Assembly (NCBI RefSeq): GCF_018350175.1
Contig: NC_058383.1
Location: forward strand, 10,542,001 to 10,606,000
Length of the DNA stretch: 64,000 bases
Source of the DNA: Felis catus
Lineage: Eukaryota
Direction of reading: 5' to 3'
In this document: one piece after another, positions 12,683 through 49,020 of the stretch
How positions within the stretch are numbered: the first letter of the stretch is position 1
How the letters are laid out: each line of letters opens with the position of its first letter
The notes under the pieces: model-generated
The model's input: the letters and a program-made list of their open reading frames with translations, nothing else
Database searches by the model: none
What the model was told of the DNA's origin: nothing
Position numbers and translations under genes: made by a program

Positions 12683-13461
12683 TAAACCACCGCACACCAG
12701 TCAGAATGGCTAAAATTAACCACTCAGACAATGACAGATGCTGGCAAGAATGCACAGAAAGAGGAACCCCTTCGCACTGCTGGTGGGAATGCCAACTGGT
12801 GCAGCCACTCTGGAAAACAGTGTGGAGGTTCCTCAAAAAATTAAAAATGGAACTACCCTATGACCGAGCAATTGCACTACTGGGTATTTACCCAAGAGAT
12901 ACAGGTGTGCTTTTTTGAAGGGGCACATGCACCCCAATGTTTATAGCAGTGCTATCGACAATAGCCAAAGTATGGAAAGAGCCCAAATTTCCATCAATGG
13001 ATGAATGGATAAAGAAGATGTGGTCTATATATACGATGGAGTATTACTCGGGGATCAAAAAGAATGAAATCTTGCCATTTGCAACTATGTGGATGGAACT
13101 GGAGGGTATTATGCTAAGCAAAATTAGTCAGAGAAAGACAAATATCCTATGACTTCATACATATGTGGGGTTTAAGATACAAAACAGATGAGCATAAGGG
13201 AAGGGAAGCAAAAATAATGTAAAAACAGGGAGGGGACAAAACCTAAGAGACTCTTAAATATGGAGAACAAACTGAGGGTCGCTGCAAGGGAGCAGGGTCG
13301 GGAGATGGGCTGAACGCGCAAGGGCCGTTAGGGAGGACACTTGTTGGGATGAGCACTGGGCGTTACACATAGGGGAGGAATCACTGGAATCTACTCCCGA
13401 AATCATTATTGCACTACATGCTAACTAACTTGGATGTAAATTTGTTTTTAATTCAAAAAAT
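12683..13461 (+). mobile_element. 5'-truncated carnivore LINE-1 (ORF2 C-terminus plus 3'UTR)
   Basis: Translates to [22 protein letters not shown]...[13 protein letters not shown]...MFIAVLSTIAKVWKEP...WIKKMWSIYTMEYYS with an in-frame stop. Confidence 0.95.
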
Positions 13462-14301
13462 AAAAACATAAAATTAAATGAAAATTAAAAATCTGTTCCA
13501 CACAGCCGCACTAGCTACCTTTCAAGTGCTCAACAGCTCACTGACCTCTCCAAGTGTTTCTGATTTTGCATACTATAATAATCTGAAATTTCTCTCCTCA
13601 CAAACACCTGAAAATGGTCAATGAAATAGAACAGAAATGATCTCAAATGCATGGCTGAGTTTGCACAAAAGGAAGAGAAGTCGTCAGATTTCAGAAACAA
13701 GAGGGCACTGTCCCCCGCAGATGACAGCTAATGAGCTCACCCGGCTTCTGTCCCCGGGTGAAGAAAGGGTGAGCAGCAGGGGCTCATGCTTAGCGCCCTT
13801 GTGGGGACAGGAGCCATCCTTGGGGCACACCCAGGGCTAGAGGTGGACCTGAGAACTCTGAAAAGTGAAAGGGGGAACCTGAGAAAATGTGTCCATCTAC
13901 AGGGAGGTGGGTGACAAGCAAGCTTGTCTGTTTCAGCCAGAGAATCCCAAACTCCCAGCCCAGCATCACGTGGTTTACCGGGCTGGGACAGTCCAGAAAC
14001 TCTCAAGCCAAACGCTGACATAAACACCGAGCCTGGTCTGGTGATACTCCTGGGGAATAAGCCAAGGGGAAAAGCTCTGAAGCCATACTCCATTTTACCC
14101 AGGCTGTGATGGATTCTACCGGAGGAAAGGATATTAAGAACCAGCCACTGTGAGGATAAGCTCACACTGAGAAATGTCAAAATCCCCGGGCGGGGCGGGC
14201 GGGTGGGGCGGGGCGCAATTCGGGTTGAAACTCAGAGAGCACAACCAACAGAAGATGACAACGATCTGAAAGACATCACATGAGTCTTAAACACGAATAT
14301 A

Positions 14302-14404
14302 GGCTGGCTGGCTCAGGCAAAAGAGCATGTAACTCTTGATCTCAGGGTCGTGAGCTCGAGCCCCACGTTGGGTGTAGAGATTAAATTAAAAAAAAAAAAA
14401 AAAA
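14302..14404 (+). mobile_element. Short tRNA-derived SINE preceding the U1 copy
   Basis: ggctggctggctcagg...gagcatgtaactcttgatctcagggtcgtgagctcgagccccacgttgggtgtagagat plus poly-A. Confidence 0.85.
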
Positions 14405-14420
14405 GAGAGAGAGAATATAT

Positions 14421-14584
14421 ATACTTACCTGGCAGGGGAGATACCATGATCACGAAGGTGGTTTTCCCAGGGTGAGGCTTATCCATTGCACTCTGGACGT
14501 GCTGACCTCATTGATTTCCCCAAATGTGGGAAACTCGACTGCATAATTTGTGGTAGTGGCGGACTACGATCGCGTTTTCCCCTG
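14421..14584 (+). pseudogene. Full-length U1 snRNA retrocopy (164 nt)
   Basis: ATACTTACCTGGCAGGGGAG...AATTTGTGG (Sm site)...TTTCCCCTG; about 11 differences from canonical U1 as I recall it; followed by TAGG and A10; the upstream sequence is a SINE tail rather than an snRNA promoter. Confidence 0.93.
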
Positions 14585-14899
14585 TAGGAAAAAAAAAATG
14601 AATATAAAAAGTGTTGGCCTTTGGAGGGAAGGAGAGACTGGGTGTGAGCACGAGGGAGACTTCCGTGGATTCTAGAATGTTCTGAGTTCTGACCCTAGTG
14701 CTGCTTCCAAGGCTTGGTTCACTTTTGGAAATTTGGTGAGGTATGCATCTATGATTAGTACATTTCTACAGATGTATGTTATAATTCAATTAAAATGATT
14801 TAACAAATGATTAAAGGGAAAAATGTTCGGAATCAGAACTCTAAAGAATAAGACATCATTCATGGTGGGGAGGCAGGTGTGTAGAAGAATCAAGTAGAA

Positions 14900-15129
14900 C
14901 TTTTATTATTTAAAAAAAAAATTTTTTTGCAATGTTTATTTTTGGGAGACAGAGAGAGACAGAGTGTGAGTAGGGAAGGGGCAGAGAGAGCGAGACACAG
15001 AATTCAAAGCAGGCTCTAGGCTCTGAGCTGTCAGCACAGAGCCCGACGCGGGGCTCGAACCCACAAACCGTGAGATCACGACCTGGACCGAAGTCGGACG
15101 CTCAACCGACTGAGCCACCCAGGCGCCCC
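14900..15129 (-). mobile_element. CAN-SINE
   Basis: TSD tcaagtagaactt. Confidence 0.9.
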
Positions 15130-15149
15130 TCAAGTAGAACTTCTAAAAA

Positions 15150-17285
15150 TGAAACATGCGCTCCATGAAACAAAATTTTAAAAAGGAAATGAGCTGTATA
15201 ACAGGTTAAAGTAGCTGAAATCAAAACTAGTAAGCTGGGAGACATGTCTGAGGAACAGATTCTCTATGCCCAGAATGCACAGAAAACCAAAGTGAGAGGA
15301 AATACAAAGGAGAAGTTAGAAGGCATAGAAGACAGAATAACAAATGTCAACATAGGTCTAGTAGGATCCAATAAAGAGAGAGAAAGAATGGGGGAAGGAC
15401 AATATTTAAAGACAGAATGATTGCTCAATTTTCAGAACTGACAAAAGATACAAGTTTAAAGACCCAAGAAGCATAAACCCTACCCGTGTTTAGAAAGGGT
15501 AAGTCTTCGGGGCACCTGAGTGGCTCAGTCAGTTGAGCGTCATGACCTTACCTGAGCGGCTCAAGTCATGATCTCACAGTTTGTGGGTTCGAACCCCACG
15601 TTGGGCTCTGTGCTGATAGCTTAGAGCCTGGAGCCTGTTTCGGATTCTGTGTCTCCCTCTCTTTCTGCCCCTCCCCTGCTCGTGCTCTGTCTCTGTCTCT
15701 CTCTCAAGAAAAAAATAAATAAATAAGCATTAAAAAAAAAAAGTCTTCATTTCAAAACCATCACGGTGAACACGCATAACAAAAGCAAAAAGAAAAAAGA
15801 AGTTTAAAGCTACCAGTGGCACTACCAGGGCTGATTATCTGACCAGAATAAGACTGATGGCAGAGGGGCGCCCGGCTGGTTCAGGCAGTAGAGCATGTGA
15901 CTCTTGATCTCAGGGTTGTGAGTTTGAGCACCACACTGGGCACAGAGTTAACTTTAAAAAATAAAAAAAATAAGAAGGGTTCCAAGGTCCTTGTTTCGTT
16001 TGGGACTAATTTTTGGCTTTGTTGAATCAAAGATGCATGCCAGAAATTGACAACTTCTAAAATTTTGAAATAGAATTATTATTATAAGAAAGGTTGGGGG
16101 AAGGAATAAAAGATACTAACCAATTTCCATGTGATGACATAAATAATTCAAATACGTCTGTAATCACAATAAATGAAAATAGACTAAGTTGCCAATTAAA
16201 GGGTTATATGATTATACACTATTCATAATGTTTGACCATATGCTATTTACAAGAGGCTCACCTAAAAACATAAAGATTCAAAAAGACTAAATGTCAGGAG
16301 ATGAGGGAAAAACATGTGAGGCAAGGTGCCTGGGTGGCTCGGTCGGTTAAGCGGCCAGCTCTTGATTTTGGCTCAGGTCATGATCCCAGGGTCATGGGAT
16401 TGAGGCTTGTGTCAGGCTCCATACTGAGTATAGAGCCTACTTAAGATTCTTCTCTCCCTCTGCCCCTCTCTCTCCCCTGCCCAGTTTCTCTCTCTCTCTC
16501 TCTCTCTAATAAATTAATTAATTAATTAATTAATTAAAACGTGAGGCAAAAGAAGATGACTACGGACCAATTCAAGCAGACTTTAAGGCGAAAACAGAAG
16601 AAAACAAAACACTGGTAGGCACAGAGGCTCACTACATAATGTTCAAAAGGATCAGTTAACCAAGACAAAAGAATTTAAACCTGTAGGCACATAACAACAG
16701 TCTCCAAATACAAAAGGCAAACATTCACAGAATTAGAAACACACGTCGACAAATCCACAATCACGGTGAAATACATTAAAATACCTCTCCCACCAGTTGA
16801 GAGCTAGAGCAAGCAGGGAAGAATTAGTGTGGACATGGAAGATTTAAACCACCCTCACAGGGGCGCCTGGCTGGTTCTGTCAGAAGAGTGTGTGACTCTT
16901 GATCTTGGGGTTGTGGGTCTGGTGTAGAGATGACTTAGAAAAATTAAAAATCTAAAAATAAATAAATAAAAATAAACTACCCTCATAAAACTCCATATGA
17001 GACAGAGAATACACACGGACTATTTTCAAAAAACTGACCACATGCTAAGTCAACAAACAAGTCTTAATAAATACCAAAAATCACTATCGTGCATAGCATA
17101 TTCTCTGACCACAATAGAATACAGTGGGAAATCAGCAAGACGGAACATAAGCAAATCCCCATGCATTCCAAACTTGAAAATACCTTTCTAAGTATTGACT
17201 GGTCAAAGAAGATACGAAAACACCATACGATAAAACAGAGAGGATGTGCCTACAGGAATACTTAGGGCAAAATTTACAGCCTGAA
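15150..17285 (+). mobile_element. Ancient fragmented L1M (ORF1 and ORF2 endonuclease remnants) interrupted by several SINEs
   Basis: A-rich + strand; motifs such as tgctatttacaagaggctcacct and TDHMLSQQTSLNKYQK resemble L1 endonuclease. Confidence 0.65.
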
Positions 17286-18786
17286 GGGGCACCCCGGTGG
17301 CTCAGTCGGTTGAGCGTCCAACTCTTGATTTCCGCTCAGGTCATGATCTCGCAGTCATGAGATAGAGCCCCGTGTCAGGTTCTGCGCTGACAGTGTGAGG
17401 CCTGCTTGGGGTTCTCTCTCCCCGTCTCTCTGCCCCTCCCCCACTTGCGCAGTATTTCTCAAAATAAATAAATAAACTTAAAAAAAAAAAGACTTTATCA
17501 GCAAGCAAAACAAACTCCCTTTGTGCTCTCAGGATGGGCAGACCTTAAATAAGAAAACAGTAAGATAATAACTCAGGTGAGAGCAGAGCCAGAGGGGGAA
17601 AAAAGTGTGGGGGGGTGCTGCTGCTATTTCAAATAGAGCTGTTAGGGAGGGCTTCTCTGAGCAGAAGCCTAAAGGAGGCGAAGGTGGGCGTCCTGTGGGT
17701 ATCAGGGGGACAGCAGGTGGAAAGGCCCGAAGGCTGGGGCATCAGACATACAGAGCCATGCAGCCACCTTGGCTGGGCTGAGACCCATGGGAGAGGCAGG
17801 GAGGGGCCGGAAGGTGAGTAGGTCACAGTGAAAGGCTCTGGTTCCTACTCTGGAGGACGGAGGGTCTGAGCAGAGACCACGGCATGCCTTGATTTTGGTT
17901 TTTGAGGAAAACACCATGACTGCTCCATGGCAAACAGACCAGACCAAGGAGACAGAGGTGAAGCATCCTTCTTACCCAAACATTCCCACCTCTTCTCTAA
18001 TGTATCTGAGATCTTTCGGAACAGTTTTTTGGGATATTTTGCAAAGTCTGCACATTTTTATTTTTTTATCTTGTACATTTTTTTTAATGTTTGTTTATTT
18101 TAGAGAAAGACACAGCACAGAGTGCAAGCAGGGGAAGGCCAGAGAGAGAGGGAGACACAGAATCTGAAGCAGGTTCCAGGCTCTGAGCTGTCAGCACAGA
18201 GCCTGATGCGGGGCTCCAACTCTCAGAACTGGGAGATCATGACCCGAGCTGAAGTCAGACACTTAACAGGCTGAGCCACCCAGCCACCCATTTAATTTTT
18301 TTAATGTTTATTTATTTTAGAGAGAGAGAGACAGAGCACAGAGTAGGAGCAAGAAAGGGGTAGAGAGACAGGGAAAGTCTGCATGTTTTTAGTGCTAGCG
18401 AGCTACAGTTTTGGTTATAAACAAAGCATATTCAGTACTCTGTTTTCTTCTTTACTTTCATCATATATAGATGGGAGAATTCCATGGGTCAATTTCAATT
18501 TTTCTCATACTCCTATTCATTTGTATGGAAAGTCTCTGACCTACAGTACCATGCTTGTAACTGAACCTTTGCAGTAGCTCAACACAGATGCTCACTGAGA
18601 TTGACACAGGAGCGGACTGTACAGATTTGTAGAGTATCGGTATGCCTTTTCACAGAAATTGACTATTTAAATCACTGACCTTAATCTCAACCTAAAAATT
18701 ACTCATATTCAGATCATCCTACATAGGTTAACCATATCACACCAACAAAACACCAACATTTCAGAACTTAAAAGTAGCTGAGTACT

Positions 18787-19226
18787 GGGGTGCCCAGGTG
18801 GCTCAGTCACTTGAGCATCTGACTTTGGCTCAGGTCATGATTTGCAGTTCGAGGGTGCAAGCCCCACGTCAGGCTCTGTGCTGACAGCTCAGAGCCCGGA
18901 GCCTGCTTCGGATTCTGTCTCCCTCTTTTTCTGCCCCTTCCCCACTTGTGCTCTAGCTCTCAAAAATAAATCAAAAACGTTATTAAAAAAAAGTTACAGG
19001 GGCGCCTGGGTGGCGCAGTCGGTTAAGCGTCCGACTTCAGCCAGGTCACGATCTCGCGGTCCGTGAGTTCGAGCCCCGCGTCGGGCTCTGGGCTGACGGC
19101 TCAGAGCCTGGAGCCTGTTTCCGACTCTGTGTCTCCCTCTCTCTCTGCCCCTCCGCCATTCATGCTCTGTCTCTCTCTGTCCCAAAAATAAATAAAAAAC
19201 GTTGAAAAAAAAATTAAAAAAAAAAA
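18787..19226 (+). mobile_element. Older SINE (18787-18992) with a very young felid SINE (18999-19226) in its tail
   Basis: Inner TSD aaaaaaaagttaca; the inner copy has intact CpGs. Confidence 0.92.
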
Positions 19227-20214
19227 GTTACAAAAAATAGCTGAATGCTGCAAACTATCGCAACGACTATTATTCCTGTTTTACAGAGAACTGACAGTTG
19301 ACACAATTCACTTGAGGTCACACAGCTAGTAGTAAGTGGCTTGGCCAGGATTAAACACAAGCAGTTTGAAATGCAATGCACAGGCCCCACCACTACCTTA
19401 AAGGTTCCCAGAGAAACTGTTGGGCCTTCGGGGCACTTCCACCCCCAGGACCCACGGGGACTGGTAAAGACTGGGATATGCACTCTGTTGAAGGAGTTAG
19501 GGAGCAAATCAGGATCAAAGCTCATGAGGGCAACCTCAGGAGAGGCTGGGCATCTAACTTTGCCAGGGAGGCATTCGCCAAGGGTATGGAACTTTCTAGG
19601 ATTGGTTTCAATCTCTGGATCCTCGGTGGAAGGCAGGTTTTGTGCAGGAGAACCCAAGAGAAGGGAAAGGGTTTTTACTAGTCGGAGCATGGCCCAAGAC
19701 TGGCCCTGGATGCTGGCAGAGTAAGGAGGATCAAGTCTGGAATCAGGGATGATCCATGGATGGTCCTCATACTGGAAGAGCCCCAGCCATCGGCCTTTCT
19801 GGAAGTCTTCCCTCTTTTTGCTTCATTAATGATAAATTACACCCTTCTCCCTCATGTAGGGCCTTGTGGGACATGACAGATGACTCTTAATACGGGTTCC
19901 TGTCCCCCAGGATCTCACCTTGAAGCGACTGTGGACTGGGAGCCTTTGTAACAAAAAATGTAAGGCCATTCAAGAATAAATATTAAGGTCTCAAAAAACT
20001 GGAAGAAAATAAATAAGAATAAACAATAAGGTTTTCATTTAGTCAAGGGCACTTATGTTTTTAGAGTAATGGAGTTATGGGGCAGAGAGGTGGAGGGAGG
20101 GTCCAAGTTCAAAATGGGCAAGGAGAGAAGAAACCAAATTAGCCATAATGATGCTAGACACATAGGAGGCAGGTGCTCAAAACAGATTATTGTGAACCAA
20201 GAATTTTACCAACA

Positions 20215-20360
20215 TTTCTTCATCTAATCTTTACAACATTAAAGAGGTAGGTGATATCCTCCCCTTTTACAGATGATAAAATTGAGACACTAAAGAGGTT
20301 AAGTAACTTGCTCGAGGTTACACAGCTAGTAAGAGGTGGAGCCCAAGTTACTTGGGGTCT
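20215..20360. mobile_element. MIR SINE (other MIR-like copies near 1-140, 19260-19370 and 24930-25130)
   Basis: Core ccccttttacagatgataaaattgagacactaaagaggttaagtaacttgctcgaggttacacagctagt. Confidence 0.8.
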
Positions 20361-20739
20361 ATCCCATAGTAAAGTGGTTTTATCACTTGTAAATAAGAAG
20401 AGACAAAAACAAAATGACTTCATAGCTGCTCTGTCAATCTCAGCACTGGGATAAAGTAGCAAAAACTGCTTAAATACAAAAGTACTGGGCATACATTGCA
20501 AAAATTCTGAGGTTCTTTTAAATTGTGTCTGAGAAACTACCACTGTAATTAATTCTCATTACATATCCAAGCTTTGCTTGAGCTAGATGAAATTCAAGAC
20601 CGGGTTGAATTCTTTCCCAGCGCAATGACCTCTGCAAAAGCGAGATGCGCCGACTCTTGCTAGTTCAGCAACCTACACTCTAATCTCAACACCCCTGCCC
20701 TCCGCCAATACCGAAGCCCCGAGTAGACAGACCCCAGAA

Positions 20740-44340
<23,601 letters not shown>

Positions 44341-44715
44341 TGCTCGCCTTTATTTTTGACTTCTTTCTAGCTGCTCTTAACGAGAAGTTCACACCCTTAT
44401 TAAATTGGGGAAGCGGTGTCCGAATCCGGTAGAACGTACTGCGACCACAGGAGAGAAGCATCTTGCTCTTGGAAGTTACAGGGTTAGCGAAAGCAGTTTA
44501 AAAGCTAGTGATGATTAGAAACAGGACGCCCGGGTTTCCCTACCCCCCCCCCCCCCTTTCCTCTCACTTCCTAAAAATGGCAATTTTCTGAACAGAGGCC
44601 TTGCATGCAGTGTGGCCTTAGTTTTTGATTGGGTAAAGGGACTTTCTTCCTGAAAATGGAAGAAATCAGGTGTTTGCACAATGCGTGCATGCTTTTAATA
44701 ACTGCTGATTTTGGG

Positions 44716-45393
44716 GGGCACCTGGGTAGCTCCGTCGGTTAAGCGTCTGACTTCAGCTCAGGTCATGATCTTGTGGTTTGCGAGTTCGAGTCGCGCATCA
44801 GGCTCTCTACTGTCTGCATGAAGCCCGCTTCAGATCCTGCGTCTCCCTCCCTCTCCCCCTCCCCCACATTTGTGCGTGCACGTGCTCGCTCTGTCTCTGA
44901 AATAAACATTAAGAAAAATAATAACTGCTTATTTTTAGCAGAAGTTCTAGATGCTCTTTGTGGCCGTGGCGGGTGCTACTTCGTGGCAAGCGGATCCTGT
45001 ATTTTTGGGAGCCGCTGCTGTGTGGTTTTGTGACCCAGGGGACGCAGCGCAGAGCTGGGCCCTGTGTCGAGTGGGGGGTGGGGAGACCTGGCCAGCAGAG
45101 AGGGTGGAGGAGGGCCGGGCACGTGCAGAATTTGCTTACTGTGAGGTGAGCCTTGACTGCAGCTTACTAACCTTCAGGGGGAGGGCAGGGCGGTTGGACA
45201 CTGTTCTGGTTCCTGGACGCGTGGCTGTCACTTGGACTGCTCCCCGGCCAAGACTGGAGGAGAGGACGCGGCACTTGCCTGTGTTTTCTTTAAGGGTAAG
45301 GTCCCTGCGACTGGACGCTCTGTGCCCCACGTGGAGTTGGACTGGTGGCCAGGCTTGAAACCCCACTCGATAAGGCTTCTTGTAGTGTTGTTG

Positions 45394-45430
<37 letters not shown>

Positions 45431-46619
45431 TGGGGCTCACCCGACTTGGGGCTTGAGTTTACGAACCATGAGTTCGTGACCTGAACTGAGATCAGATGCT
45501 TTACTGAGCCACCCAGGCGCCCTCGATGAAGCTTCTTTCCAAAGGTGCCTTGGATCCCATCTTCAAAAGGCCTGTGGTGCGCTCAGACCCTCGAAGGGGG
45601 TCATCTGGGTCTCCAGAGGTTTCCCTGGAGCTTTCTCCCTGCTTCCCTCGAGATGTCACTGTGACTTTGTGGGCGTTTCTCTTGACAGGCACCTGTTCCT
45701 TGGCCTGTAGTACTGAAAACGTTTTAGTATCTGTCTCCTCTCAGTAACTGAATTAAGAGAGGAAGGCACATCTTTCCCCAAGTAAGCACCTAAATAAAAG
45801 TTTATACCAACTATGAATGTTCTGGAAATAGGTTTAGTGTAGACAGACAGTTGATGCCTGGTTTCTCTCTCTGCATTTTTCCCCCCTACTTATTCTTGAA
45901 CTGCCTTCAGAGAAACAAAATTTAACGGAGTGCCAGGTTGGGCCCTTTTAATAAGGGGCTCAGGTTTCTAAGAATGTTCTTCTCTCAGAGCCCATTTTGT
46001 CAGAGGCCAGATTGTTTCTCCAGGGCTCAACAGAGAAGTTTGCACGGCAGACTTCCAGAAGCCGGGGCTGCCCATCTTGACTCAGAGGTCTTAGCAGGAG
46101 GCAGAAGCGGCGAGGTCAGGAGGTGTGCATTTGGGTCAAGGAGGAAGATGCTGGAATTGTTGCCTGGCGTCCACACTCGACTCAGGGTTCTAAGGAATGG
46201 CCTGGTTTTCTTGTTGAAGGAGGCTGCTTGGTAGAGAAGTTAGTTGAGAGCAAGAGCCTGTTAACAGTAACCCGGAAAGCAGTTCCTGCTTGAGACTCAC
46301 TAGAAACAGCATTCCTTTGCTGTGCAGTGAGACTGCTCCGTGGCCCCGAGGGATTCTTAAACCTGTTCGTTTACTTAGAGAGAAACTGCCTATTGTGGGG
46401 CTCGAACTTACAACCTTGGGATCAAGAGTCACATATTCTACCCGCTGAGCCAGCCACGTGCCTCTGTTTCTTTTCATGAGTAGTACCTTAAATACTCTGT
46501 TGTTTCCCTCCACCCTCTTCTCAGATTCCACATGGCTCCTGAGGTCATGTGGGGCCACTAGCCTGTGCAAGGATTGTTTTTTGAATGTTAACCGCAGTGG
46601 GACCTGCCAGGGCCCGGTG

Positions 46620-46678
<59 letters not shown>

Positions 46679-49020
46679 CGCGCACGGCACCTCGGTCTGG
46701 TGGAGAATGGGGTGGGTCTTGCCCAGTGGACTTCTTGCCAGTTTTCTTTCCGGGAAGTCGGGAGGGGAAGCCGACAGGGTGTCCCATCCTGGGATCTCTA
46801 AAGGATCCTCCATACAGGATAGCAGTCCAACGTGCATCGCAGGTGGCCGTCACCTGGTGTGCCCCACGCTCCCCAGACCCGGTTCGCCAGACGAACAGCC
46901 ATGAAACCGCAGAGCTGCAGGGAGACCTAACGGATGGCCAGTTGCTTGGGCTGGACCCCCTCGTGTGTCCTTGGGAGCATCCGGCCGGGGCCTCCCCGCA
47001 TCTGCCTTTCAAGTTTTGATGAAGAGCTTTGGTCTGTCCTTTGCGCTTTCTTGGCCAATCTTGAACAACGGTGAGACGTTTGATACTCACAGGAAGTCAA
47101 CAGGCTTATAACATCCCTCTGAGAGGCTTCCTTTTGCAGTTTGTTGTCATGAACATGAACCAAAACGATGAAGACTGTACTTAATTATAACCTACTACTA
47201 ATCTCTTCCCCCATCTGTAACCACCCTCTAAGCGTAAAATACCAAATATACAAATAAAAGCAAAAACTGTTTCACGATGGCGGGCTCTTTGGTATGCAGT
47301 TTGGGGACCAGAGAGAATTGTTTCCTGTACCTGTTCTTTTGTTCACTGTTGGAGACAAACAAGGTAAACGTTAATAAAATTATTCATTATTACTGGCCTC
47401 GAAGCTTCTCTTTTTGAATGGGATTGGGAGGGAGGGAAGTCAGAGCAGCTTTTCAGGTAGCCTAGAGATTCTGTAAATAGCACCAAGGTGCCTTGGAATC
47501 TGTAGGGTCTTTCTCATGCATTATATTCTTGAAACTAAGAGTATGCTCAATAGATATTTTTTTATTTTAATGTTTATTTTTGAGAGACACAGAGTGTGAG
47601 TGGGGGAGGGTCAGAGAGAGAGGGAGACACAGAATCGGAAGCAGGCTCCAGGCTCTGAGCTGTCAACCCAGCGCGGGGCTTGAACTCAGACATCATGACC
47701 TGAGCTGAAGGCGGCCACTTAACCAACTGAGCCACCCCGGCGCCCCTAGATATTTTTTCAAGGTATTCTATCAAAATATAAACAAAATGAAAAGACACGT
47801 TAAAGACTAAAACAAAAGATGAGGGGTGTGTAAAGAATTCCTGCAGGGGCGCCTGGGTGGCTCAGTTGAAGCATCAGACGCTCGGTTTCAGATCAGGTCA
47901 TGATCTCACGGTTTGTAGGTTGAAGCCCTGTGTTAGACTCTAATGCCGGTATGGGGCCTGCTTGGGATTCTCTCTGCCCCTCTCCAGGATGCCTCCTCTC
48001 TTTCTCTGTCAGTAAATAAAAAAATTTTTAAATATGTATATATATATACATGTAAAGAATTCCGGCAAATTGTCCAGAGAAAAACCCCACAGAGAAGGAA
48101 GGTGTTAACAGGTATTTCGTGAAAGAGGAAGTAAGGCCAAAAAACGATGCTCAGCCCCACTAGCAATTCTGGCATTCCTTGTAAATCAAGACCGCGAAGA
48201 AAGTACCGTCGTGCACCCCATTCAAGTGGCGCACGTCATGAACTGACAAGCCAGTTGCCTAGAGGGTTTGTGGTGTCTCTGTCACAGATGAGCATGTAAG
48301 CGGGTGGTCACTTTGGGAATGAACTTGAATATCGAATTAACCTTCCCCTCCCAGGTATGTACCCCAGACAGATGACACGGCAGCGGAAGCTGCATTCGGA
48401 TAATGGAATGAACCGTCGGCGCGTGTTGATGGATCACAACGATGTGAGAGACGGGACCTAGGCCCGGGTGTGGACAGACTGCAGTGGCACTTTGGTTAGA
48501 TTCAAAGCCCCTCAGAAATACCTGTAGATGGCAAAACATGCAGTCGCTTAGGTTGGGGGAGGTTGAAGAAAGAATAGGTGCCTTTGGGGAGTGAGTTCAC
48601 AGCCAAGAGTAGGTGTCAGAGGCTGGGGAGGAGGAGTGGAAGGGAGGCTCTTTTGCACCTTAGGCTTGGGGGTGGCAGACCCCCTGGCTCCAGGGGTTTC
48701 TAGAACGTGCACACTTCTCAAGGTGCATTTTCTGTGGATAATCCACAGCTTCCCATCAGCCTTTAGTATCTCTGTGACCCCAGGGGCGCTTGGGTGGCTC
48801 AGTTGGTCATGATCTTGCAGTTAGTTTGAGCACTGCATCAGGCTCTGCACTGGTGGTTCGAAGTCGGCTTGGGATTCTCTCTCTCTCTCTCTCCCTCTCC
48901 CTCTCCCTCTCTCTCTCTCCCAGCCCCTCTCTCCCTCCCACCCTCCTCCCTCCCTCTCCCCTTTCCCTGCTTGTGCTCTCCCCCTCTTACAAAATAAACT
49001 TTAAAAAAGAAAAAAAAAAT
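44716..49020. mobile_element. CAN-SINEs between EIF4H and LAT2
   Basis: Approximate starts 44716(+), 45395(-), 46390(-), 47560(-), 47846(+), 48783(+). Confidence 0.8.
46621..46686. repeat. Compound microsatellite (TG)24(CG)6
   Basis: Read directly from the sequence. Confidence 0.97.

Larger units (their letters stand above)
12395..13545. mobile_element. MER33/MER3-like hAT-Charlie element hosting the SINE and L1 insertions
   Basis: ctgtccaat...atttaaattt...aattaaaattaaat [insert] aaaaatctgttcc...gcactagctacctttcaagtgctcaacagc. Confidence 0.55.

Noticed and set aside
14421..14584. U1 copy as a functional snRNA gene
   Set aside because: It has an A-tail, TSD-like flanks, CpG decay and stem substitutions, and a SINE where the PSE should be.
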